Positions 20,376-29,532 of a stretch of DNA of 64,000 nucleotides are shown piece by piece. The stretch comes from a virus (lineage: Duplodnaviria; Caudoviricetes). The stretch covers positions 28,872 to 92,871 of the IMG/VR virus record IMGVR_UViG_3300014205_000194; one strand, written 5' to 3'. The position numbers were made by a program, and so were the translations under genes. Each line of letters opens with the position of its first letter. The stretch's first letter is position 1. The notes under the pieces were generated by a model. That model had not been told where the DNA came from. It saw only the letters and a program-made list of their open reading frames with translations, and ran no database searches.

Positions 20376-21146
20376 ATGAAAATTGGTGTAATTGGTAAGG
20401 GCGTAGTCGGTAGTGCGGTATACGACGGACTTCGACACATTGGTCATGACGTGTCGTTCTTCGATACGAAATATCCAGAAACCAGCATTAAAGATGTGCT
20501 AGATACAGAATGTGTATTCGTGTCCGTTCCGACGGATATGAATCCGGATGGTAGTTGTGATACTACCATCGTAGAGCAGGTCGCTTCTCTGTTGTATATT
20601 GAACGATACGCTGGATTAATTGCAATTAAGAGTACGGTAGCTCCGGGTACTTGTGATGGGCTTCAGAAGTTCTACCCGAGTATGCGGTTTTGTTCTGTGC
20701 CCGAATTTCTTCGTGCAAAAACGGCATTAGCAGATTTCATTTATAATCACGATGTGTTGGTAGTTGGTAGTCGCAGAGAAGAAGATTACGAGTTGATCAA
20801 AAAAATTCATGGTAATATTCCGAAAGATTATTCGTTCATTTCGCCGACAGAGGCTGAATTGGTAAAATATTTCAACAACGTGAATCATAGTGTACAAATT
20901 GTATTCGCGAATCTATTTTATGATATCTCCAAGAAGCTTGATAGCAATTATGATAATGTATATAATACTATCTCCAAGCGTACTTGTTTTAACCCAGCAT
21001 ACCTCACTTGTAATGAAAACATGCGTGGATTTGGTGGTCACTGCCTACCAAAGGATACAGAGGCCGTTGCTGCTCTAATTAATGCCCTCGGGTTAAACTA
21101 TACATTCATCGACTCTATTTTATCTGATAATGAGGCATTGACGTGA
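20376..21146 (+). CDS. ugd: UDP-glucose/GDP-mannose 6-dehydrogenase family (short form)
   Basis: GKGVVG, IKSTV, PEFLR, GFGGHCLPKD. Confidence 0.88.
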   Translation: MKIGVIGKGVVGSAVYDGLRHIGHDVSFFDTKYPETSIKDVLDTECVFVSVPTDMNPDGSCDTTIVEQVASLLYIERYAGLIAIKSTVAPGTCDGLQKFYPSMRFCSVPEFLRAKTALADFIYNHDVLVVGSRREEDYELIKKIHGNIPKDYSFISPTEAELVKYFNNVNHSVQIVFANLFYDISKKLDSNYDNVYNTISKRTCFNPAYLTCNENMRGFGGHCLPKDTEAVAALINALGLNYTFIDSILSDNEALT

Positions 21147-22066
21147 AAAAAATTCTAGTGACTGGCGCTAGTGGATTAATTGGCACCGAATTATGTAAAC
21201 AACTATATGCCGCCGGTAATATCGTGTATGCGGTAGATAATTTTTCTAGATCCAATATAATCCCAGACTGTAGCACATTTGTGGAAATCGACCTTAGTCG
21301 AAAAGATGCATTGTGGGAACTGGATACAGATTTTGATGAAATCTACCATTATAGTGCAATCAATGGCACCACCAATTTCTACGAATTTCCGAATAAGGTA
21401 CTATCAAATAATTTCATTTCAGACGTAAATGTATTTGAATTTGCTGCTACTTGTAAGGATCTACGTAAACTTGTGTATGCTTCTAGCAGTGAGGTTATGG
21501 CAGATTCGGACGATACAACATTGGTGCGCGGCGTGGCTAAAGATGGGTTGCATTCTGATATTTTTATTAATGATATTCACAATCCACGGTGGAGCTATCG
21601 TCTAGCCAAAATTGCTTCAGAAAACTATCTGGCTAATAGCAAACTTCCTTGGCTGATCGTTCGATACTTCAATGTATATGGATCAAACAGCAAACCTGGT
21701 CATTTTATCGGCGATCAGATTCAGAAGATGAAACGAGGCGAATTCTCCGTTATCGGCGGCGACGAAACTCGTTCTTTCTGTCACGTATCGGATGCGGTAG
21801 ATGCTACCATTTTCCTCGCCAATGCTCTGGAATCCAATGAACTGATTAATGTGGGTAATGATCGAGAGATCTATATCAACTATGCAGTCGATGTTATTGC
21901 GAAAGAGATGGGGTATGCTGACAAGACGTTTAAACACATTGACGGCAGGGCCGGTTCTGTTAAATCTCGGCGACCAGATTTAGCCAAACTGTATAATTAT
22001 ATACCCAATTACAATCCCATTCGGTTCGAAGACGCAATTCGTGATATTGTAAAGGAATTAAAATGA
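21143..22066 (+). CDS. NAD-dependent epimerase/dehydratase (UXS/ArnA-like extended SDR)
   Basis: TGASGLIG, YASSSEV, RWSYRLAK, RYFNVYG, TRSFCHVSD. Confidence 0.88.
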   Translation: MKKILVTGASGLIGTELCKQLYAAGNIVYAVDNFSRSNIIPDCSTFVEIDLSRKDALWELDTDFDEIYHYSAINGTTNFYEFPNKVLSNNFISDVNVFEFAATCKDLRKLVYASSSEVMADSDDTTLVRGVAKDGLHSDIFINDIHNPRWSYRLAKIASENYLANSKLPWLIVRYFNVYGSNSKPGHFIGDQIQKMKRGEFSVIGGDETRSFCHVSDAVDATIFLANALESNELINVGNDREIYINYAVDVIAKEMGYADKTFKHIDGRAGSVKSRRPDLAKLYNYIPNYNPIRFEDAIRDIVKELK

Positions 22067-22743
22067 ATCCATGCATTGTTAGTTTCTATATGAGTAATAT
22101 CCACCCACTCACCGTTGACTATCAGCGGCGAGTGGTCGATAAGTTCAATGTATCCAAAGTACCGCACTATCAAATCCAGACTCAAATGCGACATGGTACG
22201 TCAATGGATATGTTCTGGTGTGCCAATGGAGTGGAGATAGAGAACGGAATCAAACCAGAAGGGTTCAACATAGATCACGATGTCGTGATGTTCCTGGATA
22301 TCGATTGTGTTCCTCTAAAGGAGATGTCTATTGATTTCTATCTGAAAGAAGCGGATGCTGGGAGATTGATCGGTAGTGTGCAGCGATCTAATCACATCGA
22401 GAACGATCAACACCTATTCGCCGCCCCGTCCTGTCTTGCTATTCGACGCGATGTGTTTCAGAATATGGGCGCTCCGACTGCATCAGAGACATTTCGTTCC
22501 GACGTCGCCGAGGAATATACCTTCTTCGCCGAGGAAAATAGAGTTCCTGTCGAGCTAATCATGCCGCTGAAATTCGACGAGGCCCCGTCAGAATGTCCTA
22601 GTTGGGCATTGAAGGACGGGATGCAACATTATGGCAGAGGAACCACGTTCGGAGATCATTTGTTCTGGCATTCTTTCCAGATTTTCCATCCAGGACAACA
22701 AGAGAAATTCCACGCTAAATGTAAACAACTTCTAGGAGAATGA
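22063..22743 (+). CDS. Putative GT-A glycosyltransferase-like protein
   Basis: FLDIDCVP DxD motif; lies in the sugar cluster. Confidence 0.55.
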   Translation: MNPCIVSFYMSNIHPLTVDYQRRVVDKFNVSKVPHYQIQTQMRHGTSMDMFWCANGVEIENGIKPEGFNIDHDVVMFLDIDCVPLKEMSIDFYLKEADAGRLIGSVQRSNHIENDQHLFAAPSCLAIRRDVFQNMGAPTASETFRSDVAEEYTFFAEENRVPVELIMPLKFDEAPSECPSWALKDGMQHYGRGTTFGDHLFWHSFQIFHPGQQEKFHAKCKQLLGE

Positions 22744-22744
22744 T

Positions 22745-22873
22745 ATGGTTAATAGAATTAGGACCCTCAGTTCTACCGAGCGAACTGTGCTGTTTTCGCG
22801 CATCGCAAACATTGCTGTTTCTGTCACCATGCTCGCCATGTTGATCTATATCGCAGTAAACATTCCGAAATGA
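22745..22873 (+). CDS. Small membrane peptide (42 aa)
   Basis: AGGAG RBS, hydrophobic C-terminal half, ATGA-coupled to the next ORF. Confidence 0.5.
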   Translation: MVNRIRTLSSTERTVLFSRIANIAVSVTMLAMLIYIAVNIPK

Positions 22874-23064
22874 ATTGTCTGTCAGACCTAAAAGAATTGT
22901 TCGTAGCCAACGGTTATAAAATAAAAAGATTCGTTGGCTACGAACTTCTAGTTGGAAAAGATATTTACGGAATGTATGATGGTGAGTTCTTCAAGAACTA
23001 CGAAAAAGTAAACGAAAAGGAGCTAATCGCCTCCATAAAGAATAAAAATAAGAAAAAGAAATAA
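22870..23064 (+). CDS. Hypothetical protein
   Basis: 64-aa ORF with Lys-rich tail. Confidence 0.6.
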   Translation: MNCLSDLKELFVANGYKIKRFVGYELLVGKDIYGMYDGEFFKNYEKVNEKELIASIKNKNKKKK

Positions 23065-23067
23065 TCA

Positions 23068-23096
23068 TTTACTTTTGTTCCGAATTGCGCTATACT
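23068..23096 (+). promoter_or_regulatory. Sigma70-type promoter for gp43A
   Basis: TTTACT-N17-TATACT. Confidence 0.6.
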
Positions 23097-23123
23097 ATTT
23101 CGATGTAATAATCAGGAGCAAAG

Positions 23124-24620
23124 ATGTTCTATACAAACGCAACGTTAGTAGGAAATAATATTCTGCTGCGCCAGGTAAAAAATGGCAAGCGAATGAATTC
23201 TAAAATACCATATTCCCCTAAACTCTATACCAAATCCAATAATAAGACTGGCTGGAAAACTATCCACGAAGAATATTTGGAAGAGTTACCATTCTCTGAT
23301 ATATACGAAGCAAAAGACTTCTGTAAGAAATATGCCGACATTCCGAACTTCGAAATCTTCGGAATGACCAACTATACCTATGCCTTTATCTCTGATAACT
23401 ATAAGGGCAAGATCAATTGGAATATGTCAGATATTTGTGTGGCATATACAGATATTGAAGTCGATTCTTCCAACGGATTTCCAAATCCGGACACAGCTGA
23501 TTCGGAAATAACTGCCATTACAATGATCGTTGGAGACAGGACTCTCGCGTTCGGACTTCCCAATTATAAAAAACACAAGGAAAATGTCGAATACTTCAAG
23601 TGTACTAACGAAGTTGCCTTGCTAGAATCATTTATTTCTTATTGGACTCTATTCTATCCAGACATTGTTACTGGGTGGAATTCCAAGCAGTTCGATATTC
23701 CCTATCTTGTCAATCGTATCCGTCGTCTGTTGGGCGATGAAGCAGTAAACAAACTGTCTCCGTGGGGCAAGGTTTCTCAGTATAAGACGGAGTTTCGCGG
23801 AAAAGAATCAATCAGTTACGATATCCTCGGAGTAATGCACCTAGATTATTACGAACTATATCGTAAGTTCTCGCCGGCACAGAATCAAGAAAACTTCAAA
23901 CTGGACACAATCGCGGGCGTAGAGCTCGGCGACAGTAAGGTAGATTATGCTGCCCTTGGATATAAAGATCTCACCGATCTATATGAACGCAATCCACAAC
24001 TATACATCGAATATAACATCAAAGATACAGAGATCGTCGTTCGGCTCGAAGAGAAGCTGAAGCTAATTGAATTGGCTCTTACTATTGCATACGATGCCAA
24101 GATCAATTATGAAGATGTATTCTCCCCCGTAAAGACCTGGGACGTTATCATCTACAACTATCTTAAGGAAAACGGCTATATTATTCCGCCGAACAATAAG
24201 CGGGCCAACAAACAAGCATATGATGGCGCGTATGTGAAGGATCCTGTTCCTGGGTTCTATAAATGGATATCGTCGTTCGACTACGAGTCTCTTTATCCAA
24301 AGCTGATCATGATGTATAACATATCACCCGAGACATTAATCGAGCCATATGATTACACAGAACAGATGTATGAAATTGTTTCGGGTCAGACAATTAACGT
24401 TGACGCAATCGTAAAGAAAACAGTAGATACATCCAAACTAAAAGAATTGGGCGTGACTCTAACTCCCAATGGACAACTGTTCAATATTCAGAAAGATGGA
24501 TTTCTTCCTGTACTAATGAAGCGCATGTTCAATGATAGAAAGATGTATAAGAATAAAATGTTGGAATGCGAAAGGGAATTGCAGGAAGTTAAGAAAGAGA
24601 TGACAAAGAGGGGGTTGTAG
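23124..24620 (+). CDS. 43A: DNA polymerase family B, N-terminal subunit (gp43A: exonuclease, motif A, first fingers helix)
   Basis: DIEV ExoI, TGWNSKQFDIPY ExoII, YNIKD ExoIII, SFDYESLYP motif A; ends in the fingers region with TAG. Confidence 0.95.
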   Translation: MFYTNATLVGNNILLRQVKNGKRMNSKIPYSPKLYTKSNNKTGWKTIHEEYLEELPFSDIYEAKDFCKKYADIPNFEIFGMTNYTYAFISDNYKGKINWNMSDICVAYTDIEVDSSNGFPNPDTADSEITAITMIVGDRTLAFGLPNYKKHKENVEYFKCTNEVALLESFISYWTLFYPDIVTGWNSKQFDIPYLVNRIRRLLGDEAVNKLSPWGKVSQYKTEFRGKESISYDILGVMHLDYYELYRKFSPAQNQENFKLDTIAGVELGDSKVDYAALGYKDLTDLYERNPQLYIEYNIKDTEIVVRLEEKLKLIELALTIAYDAKINYEDVFSPVKTWDVIIYNYLKENGYIIPPNNKRANKQAYDGAYVKDPVPGFYKWISSFDYESLYPKLIMMYNISPETLIEPYDYTEQMYEIVSGQTINVDAIVKKTVDTSKLKELGVTLTPNGQLFNIQKDGFLPVLMKRMFNDRKMYKNKMLECERELQEVKKEMTKRGL

Positions 24621-24630
24621 TCCCCCCCCC

Positions 24631-24885
24631 TCATACCCACGTGTGATCTTCGTTATATTCGTAATCGGAAATTGGTATGGCGACTACTCCCAATTCTATT
24701 AGTTGTTTGGCGGCTTTTGTCTTTTTATCGTCGACACGTTTAACAGAAGATAGAGTTGCTTTGGTGGTTTCTATACCAAGATTGCGCATGTGTTCTGCAA
24801 ATCTAGAAATATTAGATGAATGAGGTAAAACATAAACGCTGTTTTTATCCCGTTTGTCGATTACAATAGGTGTATAATTTAATTC
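24631..24885 (-). pseudogene. 5'-truncated minus-strand ORF remnant between gp43A and gp43B
   Basis: Stop-free frame ELNYTPIVIDKRDKNSVYVLPHSSNISRFAEHMRNLGIETTKATLSSVKRVDDKKTKAAKQLIELGVVAIPISDYEYNEDHTWV filling the spacer. Confidence 0.4.
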
Positions 24886-24902
24886 CTAGCGAGGTGATAC
24901 AA

Positions 24903-26307
24903 TTGAGTATAGAAAGTTTAACAAACGAAGAACTAATCATTCGTCATAAAGAACTCAGTAATGACGTAAGTAAATATAATAATCTCCAAATGGCAACAAA
25001 AATCCTTTAATGATGGAGGCGCTTATTCGTGAGGATAGGTGGAAAACTCTGTGAATTCGGTGAAACTCCAGAACGGACGATACCGAGCCAAGCCCATTAT
25101 ATGGGAAGGTGTAACGACTATTCCTACGGGAAGTACAGCCAAGTGGCTGGAAGCGCAGAGCAACTGATTCAGTTGATGAGATAGTCTAATCTGTATAGGA
25201 ATATACAGCAATCTATGGATAGATTTTGGTATGGTATTAACGACACCATATGAATATTAAATGCTTAATAGTCTCTATGGAGGATTAGCGAACGAATGGT
25301 TCCGCTTTTTCGACGTTCGTATGGCAGAGGGCATTACATCGGCTGGTCAGGTGGCAACCAAGAATATGGAACGCTGGTTGAATGTTTATTTAAATTCCAT
25401 CACGAAAACTAACAAAGACATAGCCGTTTATGCGGATACTGACAGTCTCTATATTTCACTCGAAGACATAGTCAATGCCGTGTTTAAAGATGCGCCCGAT
25501 ACAAAGAAAGTTATTAAATTTATGGACAAAGTTTGCTCCGATAGAATTACACCAGAGATTAATCGTATCTGCGAAGAACTAAAAGAGTACGTCAACGCCA
25601 AGGAAAATTCTATGGTAATGAAGCGCGAGGCGTTGATTGATTCTGCAATTTGGGTGGCCAAGAAGAGATATATCCTCAGTATCCATAATAACGAGGGAGT
25701 CGAATACGCAGAGCCTAAAGTCAAGGTTACTGGGTTGGAGTCTGTTCGATCTTCTACTCCTATGATTTGTCGCAATAAAATTAAAGAAACGTATACAATT
25801 ATGCTCTCGGGCGATGAAATGGAGACTCGAAAATACATCGCTGCATTCAAAGATGAGTTTACTTCTGCACCATTAGCCGATGTATCATTCCCGCGTGGTG
25901 TAAATGGTATGGTTGATTACAAAGATAAGTCTAAACAAAACACAACAATGGGCACTCCCGATATACAGAGTGAAATTAGACGATCTCCTTATATCAAAGG
26001 TACTCCGATCCACACCAAAGGCGCCCTAATATATAATCACCTACTCGACACCCTCAAGTTAACCAAGAAATATCCTAAGATTACTGACGGCGATAAGATT
26101 AAGTTTGTCTATTTGAAAATGCCTAATATTATCAATAGCGAAGTGATTGCGTTTCAAGATGCATTGCCTAGAGAGTTCAAGCTAGATGATAAAGTGGACT
26201 ATGCCAAGCAATATGAAAAGACCTATCTAGAGCCTATTAAGAATGTATTGAATGTATTGGGCTGGAAAGCGGAAGAAGAAAGTTCACTAGAAGATTTATT
26301 TGGTTGA
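24903..26307 (+). CDS. 43B: DNA polymerase family B, C-terminal subunit (gp43B); exons 24903-25007 and 25264-26307, 382 aa spliced
   Basis: GAGGTG RBS plus TTG start; exon 1 ends QMATKIL and exon 2 starts LNSLYGG, restoring motif B; YADTDS motif C, KKRY, clamp-binding SLEDLFG. Confidence 0.9.
25008..25263 (+). ncRNA. Group I intron (phage IA2-like), ORF-less, 256 nt
   Basis: 5' exon ends in U paired with IGS GAGG (25016-19); P2 with GUGA loop; P3 CTCTGT/GCAGAG; P7 GACTA/TAGTC; P7.1 and P7.2 hairpins; P8 CAACTG/CAGTTG; P9 CTGTAT/ATACAG; terminal G; splicing restores the frame. Confidence 0.92.
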
Positions 26308-26317
26308 GGGCTATAGC

Positions 26318-26680
26318 ATGAACAAAGAAGTAACAATCCCGAACTATACATATTTCGGTGCCAAGATGGTTTGTCTGGAATTGCATAAATTTACAGAAAA
26401 CGACGATGTGTCCTACAATGTAGTGATGACTACCATCCTGGATGATGAAACCGAAGAGGAAAAGATGGTGTCGACGATTACTAATTTCTGGCACGAAGAT
26501 CCAAAGACAGCCGCTATTGATGCTGCTGTATTATTATTCCCGATGTTCGATTTATCTAGTCTCGTAGCGGTGATTGACGGGGCGACCGGAAATATCGTAG
26601 AGGAATTAAATCTGGATAATATCGTAGAAGAGTATAAACTAGCTAATGGAATTGCAGAAGAATCTGTGGTTTTACACTAA
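26318..26680 (+). CDS. Hypothetical acidic protein
   Basis: ORF with GAGGG RBS between 43B and uvsX. Confidence 0.7.
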   Translation: MNKEVTIPNYTYFGAKMVCLELHKFTENDDVSYNVVMTTILDDETEEEKMVSTITNFWHEDPKTAAIDAAVLLFPMFDLSSLVAVIDGATGNIVEELNLDNIVEEYKLANGIAEESVVLH

Positions 26681-26691
26681 GAGGAAATAAT

Positions 26692-27762
26692 ATGAGTATT
26701 TTAGAAAAAATTAAAAAGAATAGCACAATCAAGGATACTGCTATTCTGTCTAAGTCCAAATTTTTTACTGATAAAGATATGGTCGCGACCGAAATCCCAG
26801 CAATTAATATCGCTCTTTCTGGCAGGATTGACGGTGGGTTGACCCCGGGTCTTACTGTCTGGGCGGGACCTTCGAAACATTTTAAGACTTGTTTTTCTCT
26901 TTTAATGGCCAAGGCATATTTGGATAAGTATCCAGAAGCTGCCCTGCTGTTTTATGATTCCGAATTCGGTACTCCACAATCGTATTTTGATACATTCGGT
27001 ATCGATACTTCGCGTGTGTTGCATACACCATTAAAGAACGTAGAAGAATTAAAATTCGATATTGTCAAGCAACTAGAGGCGGTTGATCGCGACGATAAAT
27101 TAATTATCATTATTGATTCTGTTGGTAACCTAGCATCGAAGAAAGAAGTAGATGATGCGATGGACGGTAAATCTGTAGCTGATATGTCAAGAGCAAAACA
27201 ACTGAAGTCTCTGTTCAGAATGGTAACACCATATCTTGTAATGAAGGACATTCCTATGGTAGCGGTGAACCATACCTATAAGGAGATTTCTTTGTATCCA
27301 AAAGAAATACTTGGTGGCGGTACCGGAATTTACTATTCAGCAGACAACATCTTTATTCTAGGCAGACAGCAAGAAAAAGATGGTACAGATACAATCGGGT
27401 ATAACTTCATTATTAATGTCGAGAAATCTAGATATGTTCGCGAAAAGTCGAAGATCCCGGTGACTGTTTCCTTCGATAGCGGACTGAGTAAGTGGTCTGG
27501 TCTACTTGATATTGCGATGGAAGGTGGGTTTGTAGTCAAGCCATCTAATGGTTGGTACTCTAAAGTAGATGTTTCGACCGGTGCAGTGGAGGAAAAGAAA
27601 TATCGGAATAAAGATACCAATTGCGCCGAATTCTGGGATTCCATTCTAGAATCAACCGAATTTGCCGAATACGTCAAAAAACAATATGCGCTGTCTAGTG
27701 GTCAATTAATGCAACAAGAAGAGCCTGATATCGATTTAGATGATGAGCGAGGAATTAGATGA
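26692..27762 (+). CDS. uvsX: RecA-like recombinase UvsX
   Basis: AGPSKHFKT, YDSEFG, DSVGNLAS, ADMSRAK. Confidence 0.96.
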   Translation: MSILEKIKKNSTIKDTAILSKSKFFTDKDMVATEIPAINIALSGRIDGGLTPGLTVWAGPSKHFKTCFSLLMAKAYLDKYPEAALLFYDSEFGTPQSYFDTFGIDTSRVLHTPLKNVEELKFDIVKQLEAVDRDDKLIIIIDSVGNLASKKEVDDAMDGKSVADMSRAKQLKSLFRMVTPYLVMKDIPMVAVNHTYKEISLYPKEILGGGTGIYYSADNIFILGRQQEKDGTDTIGYNFIINVEKSRYVREKSKIPVTVSFDSGLSKWSGLLDIAMEGGFVVKPSNGWYSKVDVSTGAVEEKKYRNKDTNCAEFWDSILESTEFAEYVKKQYALSSGQLMQQEEPDIDLDDERGIR

Positions 27763-28151
27763 TGAATAAAATAATGCAAAGAATGATTGATTGGGTAGCT
27801 CGCGTAAAGCGGGCCCGTCAATACAAGGTCAACGAATATTTCAACTATGTGCTAGATGCCGAGATTTCAGAGACAGAAGTTCTCCCGCTTGTTATTATCA
27901 AGGGCAAGTATAAGGGCGTAATCTATGTCTATGATAACTTCCGCATCGGAGATAATATTAATCCGGATGGCAGCGCGCCGGCTTCGTATGACGTTCGAAT
28001 CATCGAACAACCGAAGCATCTAAAAGATGGGTTCGAACAAGAAGATAAATTCCACAAGATTACTGGCGATATTCTATTGGCGGTTTTGTGGGAAGCATGT
28101 AAGACCGAAAAGAAACGAGCCGAGGAACTGTTATACGATGATGACGATTGA
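27759..28151 (+). CDS. Hypothetical protein, positionally like T4 gp40
   Basis: Lies between uvsX and 41; sequence similarity not verified. Confidence 0.5.
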   Translation: MMNKIMQRMIDWVARVKRARQYKVNEYFNYVLDAEISETEVLPLVIIKGKYKGVIYVYDNFRIGDNINPDGSAPASYDVRIIEQPKHLKDGFEQEDKFHKITGDILLAVLWEACKTEKKRAEELLYDDDD

Positions 28152-29532
28152 GAAAACAATTCTAAAAAATCTTATATCTAACGAAGAATATACCCGCAAA
28201 ATACTACCATTTATCAAGCCCGATTATTTCCACGATAATACAGAGCGAGTTATCCTAGACGAAATCCAATCTTTCTTGGCAAAATATAACAAGCTACCTA
28301 CGATCGAATCTATCAAGATCGAACTTAGCAACAGACCAGGATTCGTTGCCGCCGAGTTCAAAACTGCCATTGAATTGATTGATGATATCTCCGGAAACGA
28401 CGAAGTAAGTAACCAGGAGTGGTTGTTAGAATCTACTGAGAAATTCTGTCAAGAAAAGGCGCTTCATAATGCAATCCTGGATTCTATTCATATTCTAGAT
28501 GGTTCTAGTAAAGTACACGATAAAGGAGCAATTCCTTCTTTACTTACTGAGGCTCTTTCTGTATCATTTGATCCATACATCGGGCACGACTATTTTGATA
28601 ATGCCGAGACTCGATACGAATATTATCATCGGATAGAAAAGAAAGTCCCATACGATCTAGAATTTCTCAATAAGATTACTCGAGGTGGGCTTTCTAGGAA
28701 GGCACTGGCATGTTATCTAGGTGGAACTGGCTCCGGTAAGTCATTGGTAATGTGCCATAATGCAGCCGCCAATTTGTCGTCTGGGTACAATGTTCTGTAT
28801 ATTACACTAGAAATGGCAGAAGAGCGGATTGCAGAACGGATCGATGCGAATCTACTTAGGATGAAGGTAGATGAGCTAGAACAGATGCCGAGGGATACAT
28901 ACTTACGCAAAATTAGACACATGGAATCTAGCGTAAAGGGTAAGTTGATTATCAAGGAATATCCAACAGCATCTGCTGGCGTACTGCATTTCAGAAGTTT
29001 ACTAAATGATTTGGCATTGAAACGAGGGTTCTTTCCTGATATCGTGTACGTAGATTATATCAACATCTGTTCTTCTTCTAGGCTGAAACACGGCAATAAT
29101 GTCAACAGCTATTCGTACATCAAAGCAATTGCCGAAGAGTTGCGTGGGTTGGCAGTAGAGCGCGATATCGCAATAGTCACTGCCACACAGACTACTAGAA
29201 GCGGAGCATCTAATTCGGACATGGGACTGGAAGATGTATCAGAATCATTTGGTCTACCAGCGACAGTAGACATGATGCTCGCTATTATCCGGACAGAAGA
29301 ATTGGATAATATGAATATGATTATGTTCAAGCAGTTGAAGAATCGCTTCAGTGATTTGACCGAAAACAAACGGTTCATGGTAGGAATTGACAGATCCATG
29401 ATGAGGCTGTATGATGTTGAGCAAGGACAAATTACCGACTCTGGGCAGGAAGAAAAGCCGAAGTTTGATGGGTATCCTAGTAACAAAAATGTCGAAGACA
29501 AATATTCTAAGTTTAAAGGGCTGAGTGTATAA
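28141..29532 (+). CDS. 41: Replicative helicase, T4 gp41
   Basis: GGTGSGKS, YITLEMAEE, IKEYPT, DYINIC, SESFGLP, QLKNR. Confidence 0.96.
   Translation: MTIEKTILKNLISNEEYTRKILPFIKPDYFHDNTERVILDEIQSFLAKYNKLPTIESIKIELSNRPGFVAAEFKTAIELIDDISGNDEVSNQEWLLESTEKFCQEKALHNAILDSIHILDGSSKVHDKGAIPSLLTEALSVSFDPYIGHDYFDNAETRYEYYHRIEKKVPYDLEFLNKITRGGLSRKALACYLGGTGSGKSLVMCHNAAANLSSGYNVLYITLEMAEERIAERIDANLLRMKVDELEQMPRDTYLRKIRHMESSVKGKLIIKEYPTASAGVLHFRSLLNDLALKRGFFPDIVYVDYINICSSSRLKHGNNVNSYSYIKAIAEELRGLAVERDIAIVTATQTTRSGASNSDMGLEDVSESFGLPATVDMMLAIIRTEELDNMNMIMFKQLKNRFSDLTENKRFMVGIDRSMMRLYDVEQGQITDSGQEEKPKFDGYPSNKNVEDKYSKFKGLSV

Noticed and set aside
25023-25211. 62-aa minus-strand ORF as an intron-encoded endonuclease
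   Set aside because: It is antisense to the ribozyme core and has no nuclease motif
25261-26307. ORF-track start MLNSLYG as the start of gp43B
   Set aside because: The ATG is the 3' end of the intron; this product would lack the motif B Lys encoded in exon 24903-25007
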